Assembly: GCF_964355755.1 (NCBI RefSeq)
Contig: NC_092676.1
Coordinates: 28,724,871-28,788,870 of the forward strand
Length of the DNA stretch: 64,000 nucleotides
Reading direction: 5' to 3'
Origin: Antedon mediterranea
Lineage: Eukaryota; Animalia; Echinodermata
Under the pieces are notes generated by a model. That model saw only the letters and a program-made list of their open reading frames with translations, was not told the DNA's origin and did not search any database. How positions within the stretch are numbered: the stretch's first letter is position 1; each line of letters begins with the position of its first letter. The position numbers and the translations under genes were made by a program. Positions 23,481-37,600 of this stretch are shown in pieces.

Positions 23481-26400
23481 TAATGCGTACGCGCAGCAGC
23501 ACAAGTACACGCAATGCGATTATTTATCGTCGATTGTGATTGGTCAAATGATTTTGTTACTGGTCATACATTGTGTCTTACAACAAGCTTAAGATTCCAG
23601 TAGGACTACATTGTATGAGGTGCGGTTATGTGTGCGAAAGAAAGGGGGATGTTTTTGTTTTCAATAATTATACCACGGTGTTAACCGCTGACAATTAATA
23701 TATGATTGATTGCGGTGGTTTGACCAGCATGTTACCCTAGCGTACCAAATATGTTCATTGATTGTAAAAAAAGTGTTGCTGTTGATAGGTCTATGACCGA
23801 ACTCTTTTTTTTTTACGTTGAAACATTCTTTACTGAACTAAGGTAATAAAGTATACAGGTGAGACACTCCTAAACCCGAATAGGCCTACACACCTAAAAA
23901 CACCCCGATCTACGGAATTCCAATAAATTATTAAAAAGCAGGAATGCAGGTAACAACTGGAACTTGAGATTCAGTTCTCAAATCTCATAGTATATCATGT
24001 TGTTGAAATATTTGTCGGTTTTTAACAAAGCTAAATTTTATGAAATATTCCAAGTCAATCGAGTATGTAGGTCACAGATTCGATTCAACGTTCTATATGG
24101 TCTTATTATCGTATGAGGGCGTAATTTAAGTGTAACGACGCTCGGCGACGGTAATTTGACAGATTTAGTCACATGATTTTGGTACCGTTTAAAAAATGTA
24201 AAACACTATTTATACAGAGCGCCAACTACGTTCCCTTAATCTATTCTTGAAATACTGAAGTCCGTGTCCTCAATTTAATTCCAGAAATTGTGAATGTAAA
24301 TATTGTCTTTTTTATGATTTTAGTTTATTTCGTTTTTTTCTCTCTTTCTATTTTCTTTTGATTGATTATATTTGTTTGCATGGTTACAAGTAGTATGAGT
24401 TCCAGACGGAGTTTTGACTTAATATCAATTAAAAGATAAATATTTTGGCACATATGGCGCTTCATACGTATACTACTTGACAAAAATCTAAACTTCGACT
24501 GGTGGACTAACATAAAAAAAGACAATAAATACAGACTTGGAGCAAGCATAGGTTACAATGTATAATTCACGATTTACCCAGTAGTAACAAGTTCTAAATG
24601 TAATGATCCAAGGGACTTGTCTCAACAGATCTAGGAAACAATGTATTCAGCCTCGACATAAATTGTTATTATGATGTTTTCAGTGTTTATTTGACATGTG
24701 ACTGGATAGGAATTTATTGCCATCACTTTATTTACTATACAACTAAATTCTGTTCCAGTTTGATTTATCAAGCAGTTACCGTCAATTTAAGCTCAATAAT
24801 AATACGGTATAAAAGTTCACTTCCCAGCCTGGTTCTAACAAATGGAGTACATATTGAAAGTGTAGTCAGACTAAAATAGGACAAATCAATTTTAAAAATT
24901 AAAAGGAAAAACAGTAATAAATAATAATAAATGAATGCATTATTGGTAGAAATAGCTTTTACGAACGATCGTGTATATTCTATCAGTTGCGCCACCAAGT
25001 TGCCGGGAATCTATCTTCGGTGAATTCCTAGGTTTAAATTCGATTCTAAAACTGTTGATTACTAAATAAACTTTAATTACGACTTAGGCCTACTACACTA
25101 TTAATTATCGTATCGCAGGCTACCGCTTGTGATTGGTCAAATTGCTTGCATTGCGTCCTCTAGTGGGAACTACGCTTAATCTTTGCGACAACTAAAATGC
25201 AGCACATCAGTAACATTCGGATTGTTTTTACGTTGAGCTGAGTGTGTATATTGATAAAACTCGATAATGACGGACTTTAATATTAAACATCAATAAAACG
25301 AATCGCAAACACCGTGTATGTAAACTGTTTTGATTTTAAATTCTCTAGGTCACTAAAATAACATCACTCAACAATTACATCTCTTTGAAAGTACCGTAAA
25401 ACACTTTAGAAGACGGCGATGAAAGGTGGCTGTGGTATATTTTGTTTTAAGTGATGGGTCAGCTTAGGTGTTTGTATTACAGTTTCTCAATTCTTCCTGG
25501 AGGCTAGAAAACATAAACAATATTGTACCTGGATGAGATGAGAAACCTGTCAGACGATAGATTGTTATTTATTGTCTGCTTTTACATCCATAATTACAAC
25601 ATGCGCGCCAATTTCCATTATCGTGTCTCCGCGCCGCGACATTTATTCTCGCATAAACAATATTTATTCATGACGTCATTTCCTGTGTTTATGTTATTTT
25701 TAGCCTCTTAAATTCTAATAAACTGATTTACACTCTTGTTGTCAATACATCGCCTTAGGATTCGTTAAAGTGGCATCGGTGGTAATTTGAGATTGTCCAC
25801 CAAATGTGTTGAAATATTTGATCATCTCTTTCCTATTCAAACAAACCGATTTATAGAGCGACTTTAAATAAACCAATAACAACATTCCTTTCGCTAAAGG
25901 ACAATCTCCAACACCACTGGGGAGTTTTTGTTTTTTGTGACCACTTCACTTCTTCAATATCTGATTTTATTTTAGTCTTCGTTCATTTCAAACATTTAAC
26001 AACTAAACTTTATTTAAAATGCTGTGAACTATTATTAATAAATTAATATCTTTCATTCAGTTCATACAATCAATGTAGAATATTATTCTTTTGGTTAAAT
26101 TTTTCCAGGAATGTTTTTTTTTTCTTTTATACCAACATTTTCAGAATTCGCTCACATATCTTTCTTTTTTATGTATCTACATATTGACAGTTATTCTTCT
26201 TCGCTGATGAGAAGCTTAGAATTAAATCAAAAGGAACGTCGGTATTAGCCCCGAGCCAATTGGTATTAATTCGAGCGTTAGTAGCTAGCTTTATTCGCTG
26301 TAAAATTGTTTAGCTGACAGATCTCAACGGGACCCCAAAACAGAATGATTCAAACTGACATGACATGTTTAGAATGTTCATTCAACAAGCCTATGACAGA

Positions 26401-27039
26401 TTGTTTTTGTAACACCAATATTGCTAAGCGTTTTTTCTGTCGAATATAATTTTCATTTTATGAAACACAATCCATAATTTGTTGTCATCATCTAAACATT
26501 TAGGCCCAGTAATATTTCGTGAAACATAGCCTAGTCAAAGCGGTATTTATATTGCTGTTTTTGGAATTTTTTTTATGTTTGTGACGTTTTAGTATGTCTT
26601 TAAAGTAAACGTCATTTTCTTGGTAAAAAATAATTAAGGGTTGCGAACACTATTATGTTATTGTGTTTTGACGTAACCCCTTGACCAATTCAATCGAATA
26701 AATATATGAAAAATAAATCCATGCAATTGCTAGATTAAAATTTAATTGGATTTCATCAATTGCAATTTGGAGAAGGGAGGAGTACTCACATATCTAGTTT
26801 TTTGTCTTGAACAAAAAGAACCGTTGTTATTGATATTACACGGATATATTTAATTTTTTTTTTAAACTAGATTAGAAAAGTAAAAACAAAACCATATGTT
26901 ATAATTAAACTCTTATGTTTAATTATACTTTTACAAACGATTTAAGATTTATCAGTTGACTGTGTCGTAAAAGTTTATTTGATTAGCACATGGGGTAACA
27001 CGTTCAATCGTGAAGTAACTTGGAAATACCACTTTATAT

Positions 27040-27199
27040 AGCTCTTTCTACACTATCAAACTAGTTTGAAAAAAAAGTGTGATGTGCCGAAATATGATAG
27101 TGATATGCCCAAATATGGTAGTGGTATGACATCATCATGCCCATATATGGGCACATCACATTTTTTGTCACATAAAACCTTGATAGTGTAGACAGAGCT
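27040..27199 (+). mobile_element. MITE family A, full copy
   Basis: Both TIRs and the internal gatatgcccaaatatggtagt repeats. Confidence 0.85.
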
Positions 27200-28276
27200 T
27201 AAAAGAACATTTGGCATCAAAGAACAAAGCTAACATTCACAATTCATACAAATTGAAACATAATTTAAAACAGAAATGAATCCAAATGTATCCTATCTTT
27301 TGGAAATATGTACATACGGAATTCGAAATGGTTCTGGGTTTAGGCTATTTCGTTTCTTGTTGACTTATCATCTGATATACCTATTATTTGGGTATCTCTT
27401 CTGGTAAGTGTAAAACCTTTCTGAATCTAAGTAACTAGTAATATTTTCTTCATAAAAAATCATGATTATACAGAAGTAGAAAACTAAAATGTGTATTTAT
27501 CCATTTTCCCATACTCTGTGATGTATTTTGAGACTTTTAAGATATATAATATATCTTAAAAGTATAAAATAACAGAGACCGGTTTTCAAAGTGCAGAAAT
27601 GGTTTCCCCACAGTACTGTACCAGAAATCAAAGATATGCAATTAAATAAAAGGAAGTTTATTTATTATTTAATCTCTGGTATTTCATCTATATGCACGTA
27701 GTAGTCTGCTGCTAGTCAGTGTTCATTATATATCCGTTAGCGATTCTCTTGCTGAAATGAATCCGACACTAATTCCAAATTAAATACAGGTGATCGGCGG
27801 TAATATTTCCTGCAAAATTCGACGTTTGCACCGAGAAAAAGTCGTCTGCAAATGTGTCAGATTTGACATAACTTGACCGGCAGACTTTCTAAAAGGTGAA
27901 TATTAACTCAATAGTGTTAAACAAAAATTGAATCAATTGAATGAAATTTACTATTATTATAGTATAGTATCTTAGTATCGTTTGTATTTACTTTATGCAA
28001 CTTATGACTTTGGATAGTTATTACGTAAGTTGTGTAGCAATGATGGGCTGTACCATTTCTTTATTTTCACCTGTTGAGAAAATGGTAGAATCTTATTGAT
28101 AGACTTTGTTCACTCCCTCTTTGTGATGTAGAAAACCTTGCCAACTTTTCGACGGAAGAAGAGCGGTATATTTTTACCTGAGTGTGGATTTAAAGTATAA
28201 AATATAGTATGCATGTTGGACGATACGACGACGCAATCAGTCATCGCGCCTTTTTCATTTTATTGACTATAAAACG

Positions 28277-28337
28277 ATGAAGACTATTTGTCTGTTTCAT
28301 GTTATGTGTTTTTTTCTTACTTACAACATCTCTCAAG
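28277..28337 (+). CDS. Signal-peptide first coding exon B (MKTICLFHVMCFFLTYNISQG), probably SCUBE short isoform
   Basis: ATG, basic residue, hydrophobic core, SQG end; consensus donor aag|gtaagt in phase 1; TATAAAA at 28196 and Inr-like TCAGT at 28237 upstream. Confidence 0.6.
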
Positions 28338-30179
28338 GTAAGTTAGATCGTCATGAAATACAAACTATCTTTTTCAAATAACTATTTAATTTTTGCATCA
28401 GCAGCACATATACCACGGTGCATCCAAAGAAAGAAGTTAAAGCTAAGCATACACTAATAATAATTAAACTAAATAATGATCGGTTACCAGCGTACATTGA
28501 TTAGTTTGATATAACAAATCTGAATAAAATTAGGCATACCATTATGATTCAAAATGTCGAACTTTATTATTGTTCATCTTCAGTTTGTTAGCTCTTAAGA
28601 TTTGTCTTTCTGTATTTACCACGAGATCGTTGAAGATGTCGGTGTATTTTCATCAAAGTTTCTCAAATTGTTTATTAAACTACTAAGTAGAGTTGCCTGA
28701 GAGTTGCCCAACAATTATTATGGTTGTTTTATACATGCTATCTTAAACATTATAATGAGCTAAGAAAGAGGCCACGGTACTTTTATGTAGAATACTGACA
28801 GATCACAAAGGAAATGATTGGGTAGGTTTATGGAGAATTTCCGTGAGAAATATGAGAATTGGTACAAAGTGGTATCCAACGTGTTTAAACTCGTTTATTT
28901 AGCCTCGTAAGGGCCATTTTGCTATGGGTACAGAGGCTGTGATGATCGTATTCCCCGCTGTCAGTATTTGTATTGTAAAACACGGCCCTTAATCCACAGT
29001 GGCAGGCAACTGCGCGGCTCATTGTTGATAAATAGGCCGCTTAGTGAGCTTGCGGGGACATGTGATATTTCTAAGTCTGTATAATTATATTACGTTAAAA
29101 GTCACATTTGGTTAAAAGTGAGTGCATTTCGCACTGAATTCGTCCTGACATTTTGACTCCTGTTTGACGCATTGGACGACGGCTGCACAGTTTGACGCAC
29201 GTGGGAGTAGTGTGTGCATAAATGCACGCAATCCGTCGCGTACTTGTTGGTAACGCGCGCGTGCACTTTGTTAACGCGAGCAATTCAACTGTCTCTGTGT
29301 TGTCTCACTTGAACAGTTCATTAAATACCGACAGATTTAGCTTGATCATCCCATAGGCCCAAACAAGACCTTGGTTTAAATCAAATTAAGATTGTAAGTT
29401 TCTCAAGAGAGATAACAAGGTAATTGTATTGTTATTTGTTACATGAATTCGGAATTATGAGCATCCCTCCATAGTTACGAGTTATCAGACAACGGAAAAC
29501 TTTAATTATCAACAATAAAAAACAAGCAATTACAATGCAACACGTGCACATTTACACCTAATTAACAGATATATACTAATAATCATGTCTGGTGATGATT
29601 GGTCACTTCCGGTCACTGTTCTTCCTTTCTTACATCGTAAAAGCAAACCGTGAATCGCCATTGTCGTCATCTTCGTTGTTATCATGCTTATGCTGAACGT
29701 CATAATCATCAAAGTTAAAATCGTCATTAATTATAAAGTAGGCCCTACTTCGAAAGTTACAGCATAATTTCACCTTAATAATGGATGTCTATAAATGGGT
29801 ATAAAATGTTGCCACATCAAACTATGTTCCAATCCCAGACATGGTTCCATCAAATGTTTACTTACAGTGTCGCTCTGTAACTATATTTATCATTAGATAA
29901 TATTTGTGCATCCTCCCAGAGGTTTGCAAAATGTACCAACATTAGCACTCATCGTTAAATATAGTTTATCAATCTCACGAGAATTCTTAAATAAACGTTT
30001 GTTTTACATTATGGCGTTTGGATAAGACTTCAATTACGTCATTAACATGCTTCATTATGTTATGATTAGTTCAAATTTAACATTTTTAAATTTATGTGTT
30101 GACACTTTAAACAGGTTAAATTCTCTGCTGATTCTTTTTTTAGTTTCGTGACTTCGATATCTATAAATGTGCTAACGTA

Positions 30180-30310
30180 ATGCTTGGTTCCCACTAGGAC
30201 ACAAGCAACGCAAGTAATTTGACCAATCACAAGCGATGGACTATTCGAACTGTCTTATTGGTCTGCACGCTTCTATTTCCTTGCGTTTCGTCCAAGTGGG
30301 AAACTAACTT
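30180..30310. mobile_element. MITE family B copy
   Basis: gcttggttcccactaggac ... gtccaagtgggaaactaact. Confidence 0.75.
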
Positions 30311-32004
30311 AATTCTCGTGAGTTTCATACAGAGCCTGGCAAACCTTTTGTATTGTGTGCGATATGTTTAATATATTTTCAACGACGCATGCGTATACTG
30401 ATTCTACCGGCATGTTTCAAATCAAATTCAGACTATAATTGTATCACTATTTATAAATATGTTTCCTTGTTATCGTAGGTTAGAACTAAATTGGATATTA
30501 TATATTCCATCCATGCCCCACGGACAAAGTAGAAAATAAGTTGTTCGTTGTTCTTGTTCCTTAAAGATGTTTTGTCCCCCAAAACATGAAAATGAAAGTT
30601 ATTAAAAAGACTTTGAATAGGTAATTTTGCAGTTTTAATCAAGTTAATCACTTTCGTAGATACAAAATTAAAAAAAATAAATGTGTCACTTATAAAAAGT
30701 AAAAATCAACGGTTAAATTCAATCAAAGTAGACTTCCAGTCAATTTTACAATGTTATGCTTTCAATTAGTTTTTTAGGTAAATAATTTATTTGTCTATCC
30801 ATGGAGGTATTGATAACTCCATGGTCTATCCAATTTTTGGTCCAAATGAATAAATATTATGTTACATTAAAATATGTTTTTATTTTAATGAATGTTTTTA
30901 AAAAAAGAATATGTCGAAGTGATGCTTACTCAGTTTGAGATATAAAATATGATGGTTGATGTAGTCATTATCAGATACGGTTGTTTTACAATAATTTAAT
31001 AAAAATGTAGGTCTATTAAGATTGCCCTTGTAATAATAATTATAATAACCGCATATTAGTTCTTAGAAACCTAGTTTTGGTATTCATATATATGATTACA
31101 GATTCACAGCACCAGCAAACCGATTATGTTTGACTTTTGGCCAACTTGTTGTTGGTGTAGGTTTGTACGCGTAGTTCCAGATCTAGAAAAATTCAGTCAG
31201 ACAAAAAAAAAATCAGTCAGTCTCCGTTCTTTTTTTTTAATTGGAAATAAATTTAAAAACTAGGAGAACAACAGCAGCTGGACATTAAAAAGCGACAATT
31301 AAAAAGTAAAAGTAACTCATTTGGAAACTAATAGTTTTTAAACTTTGAAGAAAACGAAATTCACGATTGAGAGCGGTTCGGTAAAATGTCGTTTCATTTT
31401 TGTTATAAGTTCAGAACTTGTTCACGCGTCAATAACGCAAAGGTGCATTTTGAACTCGTTAATTGATTCGCAGACGGTAACAGCCGCTTTCTCAACATGC
31501 GTTTGCTTGTCTCTGCAGTAGCGTTACTTTGAGTACAAGCGTTTTGACACGATATGCTCTTGCTCTGTCTGTAGTTGTCAATGTTGATTAACCTTAGCTA
31601 GACTCTTCAGTGTAATTATCATTCTCTTTCCCTCTATTAAATTGTGTTGACATGGTTCCTTCCAGCAAAATAAAAATCTATGGAACGTCAGTATATAGAA
31701 AACTTAAAAAAAAAAACGTTTAAAATATGTATGTTAAAAATTTCTAAACGTTTTCGTCTGCCTTTCTGCTTTTTCTTTCTGCGTCAGTTGCGTGTATTCC
31801 GTCGGTTGTTTTTTCAACATCTTCGTGTACGTAGCCTACGTTAATAATACTCTTATTTTCTTGTAGGCCTATACGAAACAGCTTCAACTTGCTGTTTATT
31901 ATAGTTCAGTTACTTATTAAATAGGTCAACCTTAATGATATAATAGTTAGATAAAATGTTTTCCATTTATTTATCTTGATGAAACGCATTAACATGTCAT
32001 ATCA

Positions 32005-32437
32005 AACATCGGAAGTGTGACGTATCGCCTGACTCGTCGCCGTTCTGGCTAACTGACGTGCCCCCGCTGTTTTTGTCGGCGCACTTGCTCTCAGTCGTAC
32101 ATCTGGCACGATTTTAGCGTCAGCGTGTTTTAACACGTTTATTCGACCAACGTCAAAAGGCCAAGTTGGGGTTTAAATTATTTTCAAAGATAATTAGAAC
32201 AAGCAGCACGAGGGTTGAATGCCAATTGTGTTTGTTGGATGATTCGATGAAGTAAAGCAGACGACACTGATTGAAACATGGAATCAGGAGGCGCGCGGAT
32301 GCAGCATTTAATTTGTCACTTGGGTTGGTGCGCGCAGAGTCGCATACGCAGACCAGACGCTAGGAGGAATTGAACCAGGTTACTCTCGGTCCACAACCAG
32401 ACAAAATGTCACGTTTCTCTGGTACAACAACCAAAGG
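32005..32437 (+). promoter_or_regulatory. CpG-rich promoter-like segment with a possible third first exon
   Basis: cggaagtgtgacgta, tgacgtg, Inr-like ctcagtc near 32090; short MSRFSGTTTK-G frame ending at a phase-1 donor aag|gtgaaa (32437). Weak. Confidence 0.35.
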
Positions 32438-33407
32438 TGAAATTTCGATTAAATCGTCACATGCTTTGTCAATCAAAATCCCTGCTAATGAAATCAACCT
32501 TTTATATAAATAACATATATAAAGGGGGTACAGTGTCGTGTACATGGAATGGCCATTAAGACCTAAACTTAATTGAATTAGAACCTTAGAAACAAAGGTA
32601 GACTGTGTGAATATAGGACGCCAACTATCATTAACTTTGTCATAAATATTCGTTATTATTGGAAAGGTTTCTTAAACTAAACTAAACTCAAACTAAATGG
32701 AATGGAATAAGAATCTTATGACGAAATGAGGTTTATATGAATAGAGCTCCTTTCGTTGATTTTTCATATTTCATATAAATTGTTCGAATTCAATTACTTG
32801 TTAAGATCTACTTACTAAACGTGTCATTTGTGTGCTTTTGTTTTATTACCAGTACCAGTACGTTTCAGGGTCAACATCCTGGTGCCTCAATACAACAAGT
32901 ACAATCGATGGAATAAATCATTGCTCCCATGTGCAAATTAATTACCACATGTTACGGCGCTTGTAACTAATTTAAAACAAATCGAATTTGTAAATCAATC
33001 AACATAACACCTTTAGTTTATTTTTGGCCTTTAAATGTGTGACTGCAACCATGAGGCATCACTTGTTTGTGCAGAATAATTGTCAGGAAGTGAGGGCGTA
33101 GAACGAAGATATTGATTGGTCAAACTTTTGGCCAATCATTGTGTATAAAATCTTATCTTGTTTTCAGCGCGTTAGAGTTATGCAAATGAGTTGTTTATAC
33201 GTTTGGATTTTTTGTTTACAGATTTTGTGTAGATTTTATATACATTATTACTATTACCTTTCATTAGCATAAACGTTCGGAGGCTACTTTTTCTAGGCTA
33301 CTGTAGCCTTGGCGTCCAGGGAAACGAGATTATTTTCTAAGGCATACATTATAAATAATGTTTTTTATTCAAATTAAAATGTAAATTTCTGTCTTTTTCG
33401 TCTTTAG

Positions 33408-33452
33408 GATCAGGAGGTGGTGAGGTTACTACCTACACCTCCATTTTTCCTG
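33408..33452 (+). CDS. Putative 45-nt phase 1-1 cassette exon (GSGGGEVTTYTSIFP) upstream of SCUBE EGF1
   Basis: Pyrimidine tract + tttag acceptor, ctg|gtgagt donor, open in the phase of the EGF exons. Confidence 0.5.
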
Positions 33453-33994
33453 GTGAGTAACAAGCAGCCAATCAAAAATCTCCATTTCAATCACGTGCTG
33501 CCATTATGCAAATTATTATTATTATTAAATTATAAATACACTTATTATATGGCATTGCTTGTGCACAATTTATTGTCAATAAAAAAAATCATAGCGTTAT
33601 GCTTCACATCATTTAATTTTTAATTCATTTTTTTTTAAAATGTTAATTTATTTTTAGCGATGCAATGAGGCAAATATGTAAATAGTTAATCACCGTGTGG
33701 GCAGATAGTTTGCACAATGATGTGAAACTGCATGTTTTTATAGCAAATATGAAATTAAGAAACTTTTGAGTCTTATCATGGTTTAGGCCTAAAGGAAGTT
33801 AAATAAATTGTTTAAAGGAATAAAAAAAAAAGTTACAATTTATGTTGCTTGAAAATGTATTGTTTTGTATATATATATATATATATCCTGTGCAACGTAG
33901 TTTTGTACTCATTGCTAATGTTGTAAATTACATTTCATTGGTGTAACTTATAATGAGTTTTTTTCTTCACAGTTTTTCACGAATGCATGCATAA

Positions 33995-34197
33995 AGCTCT
34001 GTCTACACTATCGAACAAAACAAAAACATTTGTGATGTTCCCAAATATGGTAGTGATATGACGTCATCGCGTCCGTATATGGGCACATTACATTTGTTGT
34101 CACGTGTTATAGTGTGTAGAAGCTAGTTTGTACAAACAAAAAGTGTGATGTGCCCATCACATATTTTTGTCACATGTTTGTCAGTGTAGACAGAGCT
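33995..34197. mobile_element. MITE family A, rearranged copy
   Basis: Both TIRs with a duplicated interior. Confidence 0.8.
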
Positions 34198-34451
34198 TTA
34201 CCCTGAGCCATACATCAATGCATGATTTTTTCGGAAATATATTTTTCTACAATTATTTTTTTTTTAAATACAGTAGGCCTAAACCATTTTTTATTTATCG
34301 AAGTTATTCATCAGTTTACTATCATATTCCTAAATATTAAGATTTAATTCCATTTTATTGAACAATATGTTATGCATGTACTTTTATGATATCAAGGAAG
34401 ATTGTTATACATTGCAAATACGTATAATAATGCACTTCATATTATATCTAA

Positions 34452-34600
34452 AGCCCGGTTCCCACTAGAGATGCAACGCAATGACGTAGCAGCCACAACG
34501 CACGCGAGTTGACCAAAGCGACAGTTCGAATACTTCATCGCTTGTGATTGGTCAAATCACTTGCGTTACGTTGCGTCTCTAGTAGTAATCAATAAGCATT
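34452..34600. mobile_element. MITE family B copy
   Basis: agcccggttcccactagagatgcaacgcaa ... gttgcgtctctagtag. Confidence 0.75.
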
Positions 34601-34634
34601 ACAAGGAATACAAATTGTTTAATTTTTGTCACAG

Positions 34635-37600
34635 GTGTGGACGAGTGCAATGTAGATACTAATGAAGGGTGCTCGGAAAATGAAACCTGCATCCCCACAA
34701 GTGAGAATCAAAAATGCTCGTGTAAACAGGGCTTCAGACGGACTCATTTAAACTGTCAAGGTAGAGTATACGTTTCTGGTTTTCTTGTTTTGTAGAATCA
34801 ACTATAGTTAAAGAATTATTTTGTAGGGATTTTTAGAAATTTAATTTCATATTTATCTGATTGGGTTATTTACTTTTGATTTTCAAGATATCGACGAATG
34901 CAGTGGTAGCCTGGGTGAGGCGTGTGTCCACAGATGCATCAATATACCTGGTAGTTATCATTGTTCCTGTTTTAATGGCTTTGTGTTAGACATTGATGGC
35001 ACAAATTGCATTGGTAAGTGAAACATAATCTTAATCATATCATAATCATAATCAACTAGCCTACATTATAATTAACGATCTTTCGATACGTTGCTCTTAT
35101 TTTAGAACATCTCCATATCTCTCATTTCTTTTATTCTTAAAACTTATCAGTATGCGTATTATCCACCAGTAGCCGTATTCACCAATCACACTTAAGTGAG
35201 ATATTTCCCTTAAATATTAACTATTTCACTTAACTCAATAAATATTTAAGTATTTCCCTTAAATTGTTTTCATTTAGATAGGAGATTTTTTTGTTCATTT
35301 TAAGGGGTAAGTGTTTCTCCCTTAGCCCAAGTGAGGATAGTGAATACGGCCATTGTAATATTGTATAATTCTTGTTTTTATCGTTTTATTTATTCAGATA
35401 AGGACGAGTGTGCATTAGGTGAACATAGGTGTGAGGGCCAATGTGTCAACACAGTTGGTAGCTATGAATGTATTTGCATTCATTCGTACTTGAATGAAGA
35501 TGGACTGACATGTTCAGGTGAACTGCTTTTTAATGTTTTTAAATTTATTTTATCTATTTAGGCGCATGTGGCCATGGATTGCCAATAGTAAAATAATCAC
35601 CTATCAGATAGGAGGTAGTCCCCCTGAATAGGGGCTATTTGTGAACCAGTTCACCGGGTAACCCCCTCTACAGTTTTTATGGGGAACCCTCTATTGTATA
35701 CTATTACAACCTCTTCAGTTATGTTTTAGACAGTGGAGTTGTACTTTAGGTCGACTCTAGCCTATTGCTGTACTAACTGGTCCAACTTGTTCTTTCTTCA
35801 GATGACCCAGGGTGCGTAAGTCATGACCTGAACTGCGTACACTACTGTGTGGACACGAGTGCCGGATCGATATGTCAATGCCGCGCGGGATACTCACGTT
35901 CGATAAACCGGAACAACTGCATTCGTAAGTGTTTCAGATTAATTCTTGAAAGACCTTTTCTTGAATTACTTTTTTTACACCCAGACTAAAATTGTAATCA
36001 TTTTTTTTTCAGCTAAGTGTTCCCTTGGTAACGGAGGATGCCAGCACATATGTGTTGACTCGCCTCCAGGTCCCATCTGTAGCTGTCGTCCTGGTTTCAA
36101 CCTTAACACAGATGGCCAGACATGTATAGGTGAGTTTTACTAAAGCCTTCTAAAGATGCCGTTTTAATGAATATTCTAGATAGTGTATGTTTGGCACATA
36201 TGGCGTATCATACCTATATTTAAGTTGCTGGAACCTAGTAGACAAAAAACGTCCGCTGGTCTGGTGGTGCCAAAAAATAAATAATTAACTTCTTGAGACT
36301 TGTGGCAATCCTCAGAAATTGTAAACTGTTGATTTGTACTGGGACACTTTGTATGGACGCGAGTCGTGTATTATTGTTTCTGTTTTAAATGCGTTCGGCG
36401 TCTCTGAAATATACCAACGAAGCTTAAACCAATCACGGCGCGATGGAGGATAACCAATCGCGTCGTGATTGGTCAAATTACTTATGGTTCGTCCTATAAA
36501 ATAGGTAAAACCAAGCTTTACTAAAACAAATCACTAAACCATAACACTTTGCCTGTATTGTAAATAATTGTGTATAATACTGTTTCACTTAATAGTACAA
36601 TGCTGTGATGTAGCCCATAACATAAGTTGCAATTTCTGAACTTGTTCTATCGACATGTGTTAATTTGTTACCCGTATGTTAATGTGTTAAGATAACAATT
36701 GTTGCATGTTTTTGATTTAATTTTAACTTTTGTTTAATGCTTTTAGTAACACCAGTATAACAACTGGGGGTTCTTTACTTAATTACATATCAAAATAACT
36801 AAACATTAATTAATTTATAACAAAAATTTAGAAAACGTGGACTATTCCATTATATGTAAAAAGGGGTAGAACCTTGGCATGTTTGCATGATGTAGTGTAT
36901 GTTTATGCAGTGCTAGTTACTGTATATGTCGATTTATATAGTTGATGAATCTTATCCAGAGACATGCGGACTGAACAATGGCGGTTGCTTAGGGAAATGT
37001 ACAGATACAGACGATGGCGTGGAGTGTAGCTGCCGTGCAGGATTCTGGCTCCAACTCGACAATCGCTCTTGTAAAGGTAAATGTGACAATGTTTCTTCTC
37101 GTAATACGTAGTTACGAGATTTATTTGCGAGGTTCGAGCCTTGCGCATGCGTATATCAGTGAGAATCTGTAAAGTTTGCTGTTGACTTAAAGATAATGTT
37201 CGTGCTCCTACCTAAGTTTGGATGACAGAATATTTAAGTTATGGGGACATCAATTTGTTGGTGACAAAACGTTGCTGGTTGGTTGGAAATTGTCATTGTC
37301 TATAAACTTTACGTAACAAAAATGTAATGTGCCTATATATGGACAACATGATGATGTCATATCACTACCATATTTGGGCATATCACTACCATATTTGGAC
37401 ACATCACACTTTGTCAAACTAGTTTGATAGTGTAGACAGAGCAAGGTGACATGGGGCAGTAAGTAGTGACAGAGCAATCGAGAAGTACGTAATTACAGCT
37501 AACTGAAAATAATAATATTATTTATATGTATTTTTTAGACATCAACGAATGTTTAAATAACAGAGGAGGATGTACCAATGAATGCAGGAACAAGATCGGA

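Noticed and set aside
27277-27403. Hydrophobic ORF ending at a gtaagt donor as another SCUBE first exon
   Set aside because: The only open frame ends in phase 2, incompatible with the phase-1 SCUBE exons; the phase-1 frame has stops.
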